Part shown: piece after piece, positions 36,596-47,300 of the stretch
Numbering within the stretch: position 1 is the first letter of the stretch
Layout: each line of letters begins with the position of its first letter
IMG/VR virus record: IMGVR_UViG_3300046485_000109
Location: 1-56,445 of that record
DNA: 56,445 nucleotides
Strand: one strand, 5' to 3'
From: a virus
Taxonomy: Duplodnaviria > Caudoviricetes
The notes under the pieces: model-generated
Told to the model about the DNA's origin: nothing
Seen by the model: the letters and a program-made list of their open reading frames with translations, nothing else
Databases searched by the model: none
Translations under genes and position numbers: made by a program

Positions 36596-37474
36596 CTACT
36601 GATTTGAGAACAAGTTATCAATTTTAGAAATTCTTTCTTTCTTAAGAAAATCACCAATCGCTCTACCTTTCAAATGAACAATAAACTCTGACAACTCTTT
36701 GACAGTTACTGTGCTATAAGCATTCATCATATCAGTAGCTCTATCTGGGTTTTTCATATTGTCTTGATTTACAGTAGTCCACAGGTAAAAAACTGTCCAG
36801 AATCTCAGTGAATCATGTGATACTCTAAACTCATCAAATAATTCAACTGTTGATTTACTATCGACATCATACAGTTCTTCAAACCTTTTATAATCCAATG
36901 CCAAATCTCTTACACTATTCGGAAACTTCATTTTTTCACAAACAGAAACAATCACATCTCTTTCAAACATCGTAAAAATATAAGCCAACCGTTCAGTAAC
37001 TGTTTTCAACTTAGGAACAAAGGTTACAATTTTAATATAACTTGGCGAATCTAAAAATTTATCTAGTTCAGGAAAGATAACATTTAGTGCATCCGTAATA
37101 ACTAGTACACCCAAAAAAATGATTGGGTCTTTTTCACTAAAAGCTTTTTCAAATTCAGCAACAATCCGTTCTTTTGACAAATGTTCGAGTTCTCCATTTT
37201 GAACAATTTCTTTCATTAACTCCATCGTTCTTTTATCAATTTTAAAGTCTGGATATCTAGCAGCAAACCGAGCAACTCGCAATACTCTCAATGGATCTTC
37301 GGCAAAAGCAGGTGATACATGTCTCAAGATTTTATCTTCCAAATCTTGACGACCATTAAATGGATCAATAATAATTCCAGTATTTTCATCCAGAGCCATG
37401 GAATTTATAGTAAGGTCTCGTCTTGAACTATCTGAGATTAGGTCTACAAAATCTTTTACTGTTATCATATTCAT
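36596..37474 (-). CDS. cca: CCA-adding enzyme, C-terminal part
   Basis: RRDLTINSMA, IDPFNGRQDL, FAEDPLRVLRVARFAAR, ERIVAE; own GAGGAG SD and promoter. Confidence 0.92.
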   Translation of the reverse strand: MNMITVKDFVDLISDSSRRDLTINSMALDENTGIIIDPFNGRQDLEDKILRHVSPAFAEDPLRVLRVARFAARYPDFKIDKRTMELMKEIVQNGELEHLSKERIVAEFEKAFSEKDPIIFLGVLVITDALNVIFPELDKFLDSPSYIKIVTFVPKLKTVTERLAYIFTMFERDVIVSVCEKMKFPNSVRDLALDYKRFEELYDVDSKSTVELFDEFRVSHDSLRFWTVFYLWTTVNQDNMKNPDRATDMMNAYSTVTVKELSEFIVHLKGRAIGDFLKKERISKIDNLFSNQ

Positions 37475-37532
37475 TGTCAAATCTCCTCACTTTAGTATAA
37501 ATAAATTATATCACACTTCTTTAGGAAAGTAT

Positions 37533-38525
37533 ATGAAAGATAAAATTTTAGAAGAATTTTCGGTTTTAGATTGTATCATTAGCCATAAAAAATTAGAAGA
37601 ATATGTGGATTTTTGTTTGTCTAATACAATATCAAATAAAAATAACTCATCATCACATCATATTTTGCCAGTTGCAAAAACATTGCCTTTTAAGAAATTT
37701 GAAAATTTGAAAGATTATCCATGGAATAAGGCTGAACTTTCATATTATAATCATTATTATGCTCATTTCTTATTAGCTCAAGCGATAAACCATTTATCAG
37801 TAATTACTGCTTTTTGTGGAATGCATAAAAAAGATATAATTTTAGAAAGACTTTCCGAAAATGATTTAATTAATGAAAGCGAGTTTAATGATCTTTACAC
37901 AAACCGAAATGTTCTTATAAGCAAATGGCGTAAAGAAATTATTTCTATTGATGGGGTTGAAATGTCTCGAGCTAAATTCTATAACTTAAATAGAATTGTT
38001 CCTCAAAAAGAAAAAGACAAACACATCAAAAGAATGAAAGAAAATAATATAGTTCATTTACCTGGCGTTTTAGAGAAATTAAGAAAAACTAAATCCGAAA
38101 CTTTTATAAATGGTAAAAATTTAGATACTATTTCAGCTGAACTTGCCGCAGAAACTATGAAAAAAGAATTCTATTTAGAGTCTGGCGAATTAACTACTAG
38201 ATATAAAGAAAATGGAAGAAAAATTTCAAAAACTTTAAATACAGAATTTTTAGATAGTAATGGTAATATAACAACACTTGCTAAAGAAAAAGGAAAGATT
38301 ATCCAGAAAACCTTGATAGCTAAAGGAAAATTTTATTACCTAAAAAATGTCTTTGACTTTACTATTTGTGAACATTTGCCTGCAGTAGAAATTAGAAAAA
38401 TTTGTGCCAACCTTGAAAAGAAAACTAAAGAAAATTATTTAGGACAGGAATTGTCAGCACAAACTCTTCTTATAAAAAATGGAAAAGAACACTTTATCGG
38501 ATCTTATGTTGAAAGATGTCCATAA
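37533..38525 (+). CDS. HNH homing endonuclease inserted in cca, opposite strand
   Basis: HHILP...N...L....HYYAHFLL; late promoter TATAAATA at 37496-37503. Confidence 0.85.
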   Translation: MKDKILEEFSVLDCIISHKKLEEYVDFCLSNTISNKNNSSSHHILPVAKTLPFKKFENLKDYPWNKAELSYYNHYYAHFLLAQAINHLSVITAFCGMHKKDIILERLSENDLINESEFNDLYTNRNVLISKWRKEIISIDGVEMSRAKFYNLNRIVPQKEKDKHIKRMKENNIVHLPGVLEKLRKTKSETFINGKNLDTISAELAAETMKKEFYLESGELTTRYKENGRKISKTLNTEFLDSNGNITTLAKEKGKIIQKTLIAKGKFYYLKNVFDFTICEHLPAVEIRKICANLEKKTKENYLGQELSAQTLLIKNGKEHFIGSYVERCP

Positions 38526-38832
38526 GAATACTAATATCATATTCTGTATTAGGATCAAATCCAAATTTTTCAAATTTAGACAATAGAACAGGATCAAGAT
38601 TATCAAATTCTGTTTCAAAGCCATGGTAACCGGCCGCAACTTTACGTTCTTTACGAGCCAGTGCATATTCACAACCATCTTTCAAAAAGACTGGAAAATC
38701 AGCACCTACTTGAACATAACCTTGCTCAATCATTTCTTCTGGGGTTGCACCAACGACAACATAGTCTTTGTCTTTAGGTGTCAAACCCATCAGAGAATCT
38801 CTTACCCAACCACCTACAGCAAAAATTTTCAT
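38494..38832 (-). CDS. cca: CCA-adding enzyme, N-terminal part
   Basis: [36 protein letters not shown]...GYHGF. Confidence 0.92.
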   Translation of the reverse strand: MKIFAVGGWVRDSLMGLTPKDKDYVVVGATPEEMIEQGYVQVGADFPVFLKDGCEYALARKERKVAAGYHGFETEFDNLDPVLLSKFEKFGFDPNTEYDISILMDIFQHKIR

Positions 38833-38834
38833 TG

Positions 38835-39038
38835 TTAAATTCCTTCAATAGCGTCAATACAACGCCAGCATTCTACATTGCTATTGTCTTCTTGAAAGGT
38901 AAATGCTGGATTGCCAGTCTGTGTATTGGCAATAACACCAGTGATAGTGTTAACTTCATTACCAGACTTGAAAGGTTTTTTTGATTTTTTAGCTACTTGT
39001 TTGCCAATGTAGCTATCATAATTTGATTTAGTTTTCAT
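38835..39038 (-). CDS. hypothetical phage protein
   Basis: K.SKKPFKSG...NTI.GV..N..T...AFTF.ED.S.VEC motif. Confidence 0.65.
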   Translation of the reverse strand: MKTKSNYDSYIGKQVAKKSKKPFKSGNEVNTITGVIANTQTGNPAFTFQEDNSNVECWRCIDAIEGI

Positions 39039-39317
39039 CTTAAATTCCTCAGCAAAGATTATCGGCGTTTTTTTTAGCTTCTTCAAGAGTATCGAAAGTA
39101 TCTAAATATTGATCTGATCCACCGTACATTGGTGTTTCTTCAACATCAAACTTTCCATCCCGTATGTAGATGTAACAATAGGCTCCATCACCCATATAAC
39201 GTTCATATACTTTTTCATCGTCCATCTCTAAATCCTCATATTTAACTTTAGAGTATACTATATCACACTTCTATAGTCTGTGTAAACTATTAGAAGTGTG
39301 ATTTAGATATCAGTTTT

Positions 39318-39590
39318 TTAGTTCCATTTGACAGGTTCACTAGTTACGTAACGTAAACCAATATTGATAACTGTTAGGACTTGTGCTTGCAATGCTTCAT
39401 CCATTACATATCCCCATTTAGATTGTATGAAAAAAGCAACGAATGCTAGTAAATTTATCCATACTGTTTTTGAACGAAGTATATGTTTTACATCTTGTGC
39501 ATCAATCTTGCCATCAGCAAGAATGCCCATATCATCTTGTTGTGCAGGAATTATAGGATCTTTTTGAGAAGTTTTTTCTAAGTTTGCCAT
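39318..39590 (-). CDS. putative holin
   Basis: SKTVWIN...two TM segments...NI.LR.VT.EP; late promoter with SD-sequestering hairpin. Confidence 0.65.
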   Translation of the reverse strand: MANLEKTSQKDPIIPAQQDDMGILADGKIDAQDVKHILRSKTVWINLLAFVAFFIQSKWGYVMDEALQAQVLTVINIGLRYVTSEPVKWN

Positions 39591-39652
39591 GGTATTTTGC
39601 TCCAATTATGTAATATCTTTTAAAAAGGTATTTATCATAATTGGAGCAAATT

Positions 39653-39728
39653 TGGTGCCCCGCCTGCGACTTGAACGCAGCCTTCTCCCTTATGAGGGGA
39701 GTACTCTCGCCCGGTGAGTTATCATGGC
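39653..39728 (-). tRNA. tRNA with CAT anticodon (Met or Ile2), weak acceptor stem
   Basis: CTCCC-CTCATAA-GGGAG; T arm; ACCA end; two acceptor mismatches. Confidence 0.75.
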
Positions 39729-39746
39729 TTTAAATCGGTAAAGCTT

Positions 39747-39977
39747 TTATTGGCAGGAAATTCCACCACCATTTGTTCCAATAACTTGTTGTTGGAAACC
39801 TCTACTATCAACAGAAAATAACATTCCTGCTTTGCAAATGGTTCCACCATGTTGAAATTTTTCAGTCCATGCTCCATGTGGATCTATAAAAGCAGAAGCA
39901 AAAGCAGTTCCTAAAATTCCTAAAATTGCAATCGTAATTATTAATTCGATTAGGGTAAAACCTTTTTGTACTTTCAT
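39747..39977 (-). CDS. type IV pilin-like N-methylation domain protein
   Basis: QKG/FTLIELIITIAILGIL prepilin motif. Confidence 0.85.
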   Translation of the reverse strand: MKVQKGFTLIELIITIAILGILGTAFASAFIDPHGAWTEKFQHGGTICKAGMLFSVDSRGFQQQVIGTNGGGISCQ

Positions 39978-40004
39978 CTTTATATTCCTCTAAATTTAAA
40001 CTGT

Positions 40005-40289
40005 TTAATCTCTATCTCTGTGATGTCCACCATGATAGCCTTCATGACGTTCATGTTCACGCCATTCATGTCCAAATCCTTGATGAGAAGGTATTCTATC
40101 ACCATAGAATGGCATAGTAAACTGCATGCCTGGAGCAAATTGCGGCATTGGATGTTGGTAGTACTGTGGAGCATAGTAATAACCAGGAGTTTGATACATA
40201 AACTGAGCTCGTGGCTGAGAATAATACGGACCACTTGCACAAGCAGTAGTTGATAACATCACACTAACAAATAGTAAAAGCTTTTTCAT
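40005..40289 (-). CDS. small exported Pro/Tyr/His-rich protein
   Basis: Signal peptide; low-complexity tail; GGAGG SD. Confidence 0.6.
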   Translation of the reverse strand: MKKLLLFVSVMLSTTACASGPYYSQPRAQFMYQTPGYYYAPQYYQHPMPQFAPGMQFTMPFYGDRIPSHQGFGHEWREHERHEGYHGGHHRDRD

Positions 40290-40492
40290 TTATAACCTCC
40301 AGTTTTGTCTCGTGAAAGACAGATTTGATTTTGAGTTTGAACTTCTTCAACCAATACACCATTTTGAGAATGACATTGGGTAAGTTTAGAATAAAGTTCG
40401 GTATCAGCAAAATGAAGTGAGGAGGCAATGATAAAAAGCACTATGATTAGTCCTAATACCAAACCAACAGTGATTAGAATTTGTTTAAGCAT
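40286..40492 (-). CDS. small membrane protein (TM plus Cys pair)
   Basis: C...NGVLV.......ICL; similar to neighbours. Confidence 0.55.
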   Translation of the reverse strand: MLKQILITVGLVLGLIIVLFIIASSLHFADTELYSKLTQCHSQNGVLVEEVQTQNQICLSRDKTGGYK

Positions 40493-40673
40493 CGGTAGGG
40501 AAACAAAGCAAATCGTCAGTACCATGTTCTTCAACTACAACACCACCTTCTTCATGACATTTTTTAGTAAAAGTTTGTTCTTGTTGAGTAGTCTTAGTAG
40601 TGATATACAATACTGCTACTACAATACCAGTCAAAACAATACCAAATACTAATTGCAATATTTTATTTTTCAT
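40485..40673 (-). CDS. small membrane protein (TM plus Cys pair)
   Basis: C.EEGGVVV......LLC. Confidence 0.55.
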   Translation of the reverse strand: MKNKILQLVFGIVLTGIVVAVLYITTKTTQQEQTFTKKCHEEGGVVVEEHGTDDLLCFPTDA

Positions 40674-40911
40674 ATTAATTTGTCCTATAATCGAAAGTGT
40701 ATTTATTCTTCAGAATCTGAAAATCGTTTAGCATAAGCATTTAAACAGCCATCTGACCAAAGATTTACTTCTTCAAGCGTTGACAATCCATCTGTAGCAA
40801 CTAAAGAAGTCCAGGCTCTAAGCCATACTTCTTTTTGTTCTGCCAACGATACAAAGCCTACATCATCATTAAAAAATGTTTCTTCATTATTTTTTTTCAA
40901 AGTTCATAATT

Positions 40912-41415
40912 TTAGTTTTTAGTTAAAAGATCGGTACATTTATTAATGTCAATATCACCATGCCAAAATGATAACAATTTATCTCTATTGTATTTTCTAA
41001 ATTTGCGAAGATCTATATCTATAGGTTCTGCAATTATCATATCGCCATTGAGTGGAATTGTTTTATATTCAGAAATCTTAAAAACTTCTTTGCCGAGAAG
41101 AGCTTGAGTTGGAGCTAGAAAATGAGGTTCTTTATTACAAAAATTCATATTTGATATAAAAATATGAAATGTTAAACCAGTTTCTTTTGGCCACAAATCA
41201 AAGTAAACATTATTAGTCTTAGCTTTTTCACTTTCTTCTGGAAGTTCTTCATATTCAAATGGAGTAAGATCTGATTGAGCAATTGGCATCTTCAATTCTT
41301 CGCCGATCCATTGAATAAATGATACTACTTCTGTGTAATCACCAGACCATCCATAAGTTTTTGCCAGTGTAATAATATCTTGTCTAAATTTTTTTTCATC
41401 AGAGAGTAAATTCAT
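40912..41415 (-). CDS. hypothetical protein, C-terminal part resembles the DUF4160-like paralogs
   Basis: LWPKETGLTFHIFIS...NRDKLLSFW. Confidence 0.5.
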   Translation of the reverse strand: MNLLSDEKKFRQDIITLAKTYGWSGDYTEVVSFIQWIGEELKMPIAQSDLTPFEYEELPEESEKAKTNNVYFDLWPKETGLTFHIFISNMNFCNKEPHFLAPTQALLGKEVFKISEYKTIPLNGDMIIAEPIDIDLRKFRKYNRDKLLSFWHGDIDINKCTDLLTKN

Positions 41416-41609
41416 GTCGTTTTTGTCCAATTAAATTATAACAAAACTGATTTTTATTTTTATCAATCAGCATAATACCTTGTTTTGCTCTACATAATTG
41501 ATTTGCTTCAAATTGAAAAGCAATAGTTTTAGCAAGATATAATCCTAAAATAGGACCAATTACCACAATAAGAAGAATAAAAATTATTCTTTTTAAGATT
41601 TCCACAGCA

Positions 41610-41825
41610 TTATTCTTTAAATGCAGAAACACATTCAGGTTCTACATTATTTTGAGAATTAAAAAAGAAAAAGTCTTTATCTTCTAAAGGTGGTGTAAAA
41701 CTTCCTAAACACTGTTCATCAAATAAATGCGGATCAATACTCATTCTATACATAAGTGGAGCTAGAATTATTCCAATACCTAAACCTATCAGGATTAGGC
41801 TTATTAAATTATCTTTTTTGATCAT
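41610..41825 (-). CDS. small membrane protein
   Basis: TM plus Cys pair. Confidence 0.5.
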   Translation of the reverse strand: MIKKDNLISLILIGLGIGIILAPLMYRMSIDPHLFDEQCLGSFTPPLEDKDFFFFNSQNNVEPECVSAFKE

Positions 41826-41830
41826 AATGA

Positions 41831-42265
41831 TTATACCAATTCTTTAGCAAGATTAGAAGCCATTTTGCCATCATACTTACCTGCATATGCAATTTTCAAA
41901 AAGCCCATAATTAAACCAACATTTGGAATGCCTGGAGCACTCGTTATATAAGTATTGATAACAGCGCGAAGTTCTTCTTCATTCATTTGTTGAGGGGTGT
42001 ACTTGGCAAGCTGATCAAGTTCCATTTTACATGCGGAAATTTTTTCAAAATCTTCAATTCGTTCTACAGCCGCTAACAATTCTTTAGCACCATCAGTAAA
42101 CTTTTTTACTACTCTGATTACTTCTTCATCAGTTGATTCCCGCTTGCCATCATCAAGTCCTGGACGAGAAGCTTCACCTAATAGGGTGACAAGGAAGGTT
42201 GAATGAGTAGCTTTAGCTTTTCGAGCAATAAGAGAATCATCGCGAATTTGTTGTAAGAGTGACAT
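41831..42265 (-). CDS. GatB/YqeY domain protein
   Basis: TDEEVI.VVKK...Y.PQQM.EEEL...G.IMG.LK....GK.DGK. Confidence 0.9.
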   Translation of the reverse strand: MSLLQQIRDDSLIARKAKATHSTFLVTLLGEASRPGLDDGKRESTDEEVIRVVKKFTDGAKELLAAVERIEDFEKISACKMELDQLAKYTPQQMNEEELRAVINTYITSAPGIPNVGLIMGFLKIAYAGKYDGKMASNLAKELV

Positions 42266-42331
42266 TTTTACCTTTTTATTTTGAGATCGTGATACTATCA
42301 TATCACGATCTACTGGAAGTGTAAACAACTT

Positions 42332-42727
42332 TTAATCTAAGGGATTGTGGCCTCTTGCTCTTAAGCAATTCCTGAATACACGTTTATATGTTTCATCAGC
42401 TTGAAATCCACCTTTAGTTGCTCCACCAAGACCACCAACTGTACCACCTAATGCTGCTCCAGTCGCTGGATTCCCCATTAATGCACCAATAGCAGCTCCA
42501 CCAGCTCCTCCTAAAAGAGCTCCAGTAATGCCATCGGTTGCTACTCCTTTTCCAACTGATGAATTATCTTTTGCCAATTGTTCGCATTGAGCGATATCTT
42601 GTTGAAGGAATGATGATCTTGAATCTGAGTAAGGATCTACAACAGGACGATATCCAGAAGTTTGTGCACATCCGGAAGTTAATATAATTGCCGTGATTGC
42701 AGCAACTTTGTATATCATTTGTTTCAT
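42332..42727 (-). CDS. glycine-zipper lipoprotein
   Basis: Lipobox TSGC; GxxxG zipper; NCLRARG end. Confidence 0.85.
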   Translation of the reverse strand: MKQMIYKVAAITAIILTSGCAQTSGYRPVVDPYSDSRSSFLQQDIAQCEQLAKDNSSVGKGVATDGITGALLGGAGGAAIGALMGNPATGAALGGTVGGLGGATKGGFQADETYKRVFRNCLRARGHNPLD

Positions 42728-42889
42728 TTTAGATTTTCTCCTTTAAAAATAAGTATTTATTTAAAATATGCTATAAAGTTTCCAATTAGCACTGCGGTGA
42801 AAAACATTATCAAAATTGAGACTATCATCTATTTTTCCTCATTTAAAAAGAATAAGCTGTTATAACTTTATAGCAGCTTTGATTTGATA

Positions 42890-43147
42890 TTAAACAGCGA
42901 GATTGTTTAAAATTCTAATATTACTTAGTGCTTGTTCATAATGAAAAGTGTCTTTTTGAGTCATCGCACTTTCCATTAATTTATTTGCTTCTTGTTTGAA
43001 CTTTTCAAATACAAGTTCTGGTTCATCTCCATTTTCGACAGCATGTTCCATATTGCCTAATAGAATAGACAAAAATATAGCCTCAACAGAAGTGTTTTTT
43101 CTAGCATCTTCGAATGCTATTTTAACTTTTTCTAGTATAGACATCAT
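42890..43147 (-). CDS. hypothetical protein
   Basis: GGAG SD. Confidence 0.5.
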   Translation of the reverse strand: MMSILEKVKIAFEDARKNTSVEAIFLSILLGNMEHAVENGDEPELVFEKFKQEANKLMESAMTQKDTFHYEQALSNIRILNNLAV

Positions 43148-43165
43148 AGTACTCCACGGTTCTAA

Positions 43166-43411
43166 TTAAACTAAAGTTGCGAAGAATTTAAGATTTTTCA
43201 AAAAGTTCACGACCTGCCAAAGTTCACGAGTAACTTCTAAATCAACCATTTCAGAATTGATATGTTTTAATTCTAAAAGATCATTAGCTAATTCAGTATA
43301 TTCACTTTCAGAAATTAAATTAGATGAATATTGATTTTGTAAATTAACTGCGCGTTCTGCTAAATCTTTAATTTCTGGGATTGGTGAGATTAAAAAATCA
43401 TTGATATCCAT
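43166..43411 (-). CDS. hypothetical protein paired with upstream lipoprotein
   Basis: 1-nt spacing; ISESEY.EL..DL motif. Confidence 0.6.
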   Translation of the reverse strand: MDINDFLISPIPEIKDLAERAVNLQNQYSSNLISESEYTELANDLLELKHINSEMVDLEVTRELWQVVNFLKNLKFFATLV

Positions 43412-43412
43412 A

Positions 43413-43796
43413 TTATTGAGCTCCTAATGTTGCTGATACTGTTCTTGCAGCATCTTTGATATTTTGTAATTTTTGTACACAATATGTAGTACTTGGACTA
43501 GTTGTTTTATAACGCTCAGCTAATTCATTTGTCATACTTGCAAGGGTTTCAGTTACAGTTCTAACTTCTGGGGCATTTGAACGAAGTTCACTATATAATG
43601 CCATATGTCTAGCATGTTCTTTTAATTTATTAGTACCAATTTTTAAATCTAAACTTGAATCAGGTTTAGTACAAAGTTCTAACAAATCTTGTGACTGTTC
43701 ATATAATGATACATAACGGTCAAATTGAATTCCATCGAAAATTATATTACTACACCCAGTAATCGTTAGCGCTAATAGAATTATCTGTAATTTCAT
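43413..43796 (-). CDS. lipoprotein
   Basis: Lipobox ITGC. Confidence 0.7.
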   Translation of the reverse strand: MKLQIILLALTITGCSNIIFDGIQFDRYVSLYEQSQDLLELCTKPDSSLDLKIGTNKLKEHARHMALYSELRSNAPEVRTVTETLASMTNELAERYKTTSPSTTYCVQKLQNIKDAARTVSATLGAQ

Positions 43797-43805
43797 TTTT
43801 TCTCC

Positions 43806-44066
43806 TTATAATAATTTAGTTTCCAAAATTGAATCTAATCTAAATGAACGCCAAGCAGCTTTATCTAAATCAAATACTCTAATTGTAGTGAATGAAGTCT
43901 GCTCTGGTCTTGCTATGGTGATATCGCCTGGCAAAGGTTCTAACAATTCTTCTTTCAATGTACATTTCATTGTCCTCTTTTCACCATTCACCTTAGTGAA
44001 GACTACTTCGAGAGTGTTGTTTTTCAATAACTGTTTGAATTCGTTAAACTTTTCTTCTTTTGTCAT
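43806..44066 (-). CDS. WYL_2/DUF2693-like SH3 protein
   Basis: FTKVNGEKR.M.CTL...VFDLDK.AWRSFR. Confidence 0.85.
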   Translation of the reverse strand: MTKEEKFNEFKQLLKNNTLEVVFTKVNGEKRTMKCTLKEELLEPLPGDITIARPEQTSFTTIRVFDLDKAAWRSFRLDSILETKLL

Positions 44067-44231
44067 AATATTTTCTCTTAAATTAACACTCATAATTAGT
44101 AATTTACTTTATCATGCTTTTTTTACAAAGTACACTAATTTTTTAACATAAAAAAGTCCTTTGAAATCAACTAATAAAAAACTGTCAGACTATTGGTGCT
44201 TATATCTCTCTCTTAATTTTTCTCTCTCTTC

Positions 44232-44277
44232 TTTTTTCATCTCTGTCTTTTTCATCTCTGTCTTTTTTCATCTCTGT
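44232..44277 (+). repeat. three copies of TTTTTCATCTCTGT in a pyrimidine-rich intergenic region
   Basis: Direct repeats seen in sequence. Confidence 0.7.
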
Positions 44278-44376
44278 TCACTTCGTTTTTCAACTGATAT
44301 ATGTCATATCAAGTTAAGCTCATCGTGTTTAACAGACATCACTCTGTTCATTCAGATCAGTATTTCTGCACTTCTG

Positions 44377-47300
44377 TTAGCAGCCAATTAAACCTTGTTT
44401 CATGTTTGTTGCGTTTAGTTCAGATACGATTTGTATGTCAGTTAGTTTAGCGCATGATTGAAGTATTTCATCTTGGTTGCATTGAATGGTGAACAGTGAT
44501 CCAAATGAATTAATTGCGTATACAGGAACTAGAACAACAGTTGCAATTTCAGTTGGTAATCGTTGATGAATTAAACTGAATAGTTCAGTTGCATAGAAAG
44601 TATCTCCAAAATCCCAGTTTTTAATACTAAAGAATTCAGTAATAACTTTTAGTACTTCTGTTTGTAAAGCTTCAGATGTCATTGTAGCTGTAATTGCACG
44701 AACTATTTTAAATGTTGCTCTCATTTGAGGATCAGCTAAAGATCCAAATAATAATTTTAGTTTGGCTGAATGTAAAACTACAGTATCAGATAACATTTTA
44801 TTTTTAAGTAATGGAGCATAACTGTTTCTTAATTCTAATGGAGATGGAGCAATTGGAGCAATTGCTGTTGTTCCATTGATATAATCTTGCATTGAACTAT
44901 AATAGCCATCTGTCAAAATGTAAGTATCATGTATATTAGATGGAGAAGGATCTATTAAATTAGTATATGGAGTAAAATGCTGCCACATAAAATCTAATCC
45001 TGTTCGATTAATCGAACGACCCCAATATCCAGCTATAGTTGCATCATAAGAACTAATAAAACTTCCAGGAGTAAAAGTTATTCCAACTGGTTTTGCTGTT
45101 GTTATAGTAGAAGTAATTTTAGATCCATCTGAATTTAATTGAAAATAATAATAAAAACTTGTTAAATTAACATCGTTACTTACATTAGAAAAATTTTCAA
45201 ATTGCAAAAAATTATCTGATATTAATTTAGTCGAAACTGTTGAAAAATTTAAACCGATCATATCAGTTGAAATAATTTCAAGAGCTTTAGTATCAACAAT
45301 ACCATTTTTATCAATCACCGGACCAACAACATCATAATTTTGATTTTCTGCAAGTGCTCTTCCATCTGGTTTAATGTTAGATCTTAATATTCTGATAATA
45401 TCAAATACTTTATCTTTAGTTTGCCCATCTATAATTTGTTGTTGAGAATTATACCAAAAATTAGTAGTTGGAGAAGATGCAGTTAATTTCAATTCACGGT
45501 AATTGATAGTATAATTTGTTACTGTAGATTGAGTAGAGTTTAATGTAGCTTCTACCCAAATAATCCATGAATTTGGATTACGTTTTCCAGATGGCAAATA
45601 TAAAGTTGGATCAAATACTCGTGCATTTGCATTAGGACTTTCTCCAGTATTAGGATCAGTAACTACAAGATCTACGCCATTAATTAATTCCCAACGTCCA
45701 AGTAAATTCATTGTTGAAATCAAAGGCGAATTTGTTGAACTTCCAATAGTATCGCAAACATAATTTATTGGAGACCATGAAGATACAGCAATTTCAGGTA
45801 ATCTTAAAATGAATGCATCGCCAGGATATAATGAATATTCTGGAATACTTGGTTGAATTAAGGTTACATCTAATGGAGCAGATGGATTAGAACTTAAAAA
45901 TGATAAACCGATTTCACCAATACCAATAACACCCCTAAGATTAGAACTAATGTTTATAGTTTTTGCATCAGCACCAACTTCAAAAGTAAATACTTCAGCA
46001 GCATAATGTTGATTATTGTCAATAGATTTTCTTTCTAAAATCCTAATAGTAATTTTAGTATCAACATCTCTTCCCACCATAGGAACGGCACGATTAAAAG
46101 CTAATCCAAAACGTGTTTGCCATGCTGTCGGCTGTAATCCAGATCCAACATCACCAGGAATAAAAGCATTAACACTGTCAATAGTTCTTGGCAAAGTATG
46201 TAACCATAATTTACTTGTACTAGAAGGATGCAAACCTGGATCTGGAATAATTCCATAGTTAACATTATTAATAGTAACATATCCTTGTGGTTCACCATAA
46301 TAATGCTGATCTAATGCACCCTGAATTAATGTTTTTTCTAATTGAGGACCTCTGATTATTGAACCATCTAATTGAGAATAAACTTGTCTATTATCTTCGA
46401 TAAATTTTCTACGAGTTAAACTAACAACACATGTTGTATCAAATGGAGAATTAACATCAGATCCATCTTGAGTAGCGCTAACATAATTTAAAATATTAAT
46501 AATACCAGGAGACGATAATAACGGTTCAATTACAGTATCAATTAAACTGCGAGATGGAACAGTTGAACCAGTACTAATAGAATTAATAGAAAGATCATAT
46601 CCAATAGTAAGATCATCTCCAAAAACTTTCACATTTTGATATTGTCCAGATGCATCATTCCAATCGATATATTTCGGTTGTCCGGCAAAAGTTCTGTTAA
46701 TCGAAACCAATCTTAAAATAGATTGGTCACGCAACATATAAGTATTATAATCTTGTCCATTCACCATTCTATTCTGAGCATAATAAGTAGCTGGAGCAGC
46801 TTGTCTAATATGTTCGATAGATTCAGATGCTGCAGAATTTTGAATAGTTGCAGTTAAATTAAAAGTGATAGATGATTGTTGATTAGTTCCATCTGTTGCA
46901 ATATATTGAAATGAAAATTGTTCATTTACCATTTTACTTGGTGGAATTACTATAGTCGTATTAGCAGACTGTCTCATCCAAAAATAATAACTTCCGACAG
47001 GCATATCAGAAAAATCACCATCTCCAAATAATAATTTTATTGCATCATTTTCTAAAGTTTCAACTTCATATTTGCTTCTATTTTTAATGGTATTGAATGA
47101 AAGATTAGTATCTGCTAGATTTTCTACTTGTTCCCATATTTTTTGAATTGCTCCATTCCCGTCAACTTCGACTACCCAAACGTCAGTATCATTAACATTA
47201 ATTGGAGCTAAAGTCAATGCTTGATTTGGAATAGCATTTGCAATGGTATATGGCAGATAAGACAAAATACCTTGTTTGATATACATTAACATACCAGTAT

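Noticed and set aside
37475-38493. Group I intron or intein interrupting cca
   Set aside because: The HNH gene is antisense and fills the gap. There is no room for a ribozyme core and no Cys/Ser...His-Asn intein ends.
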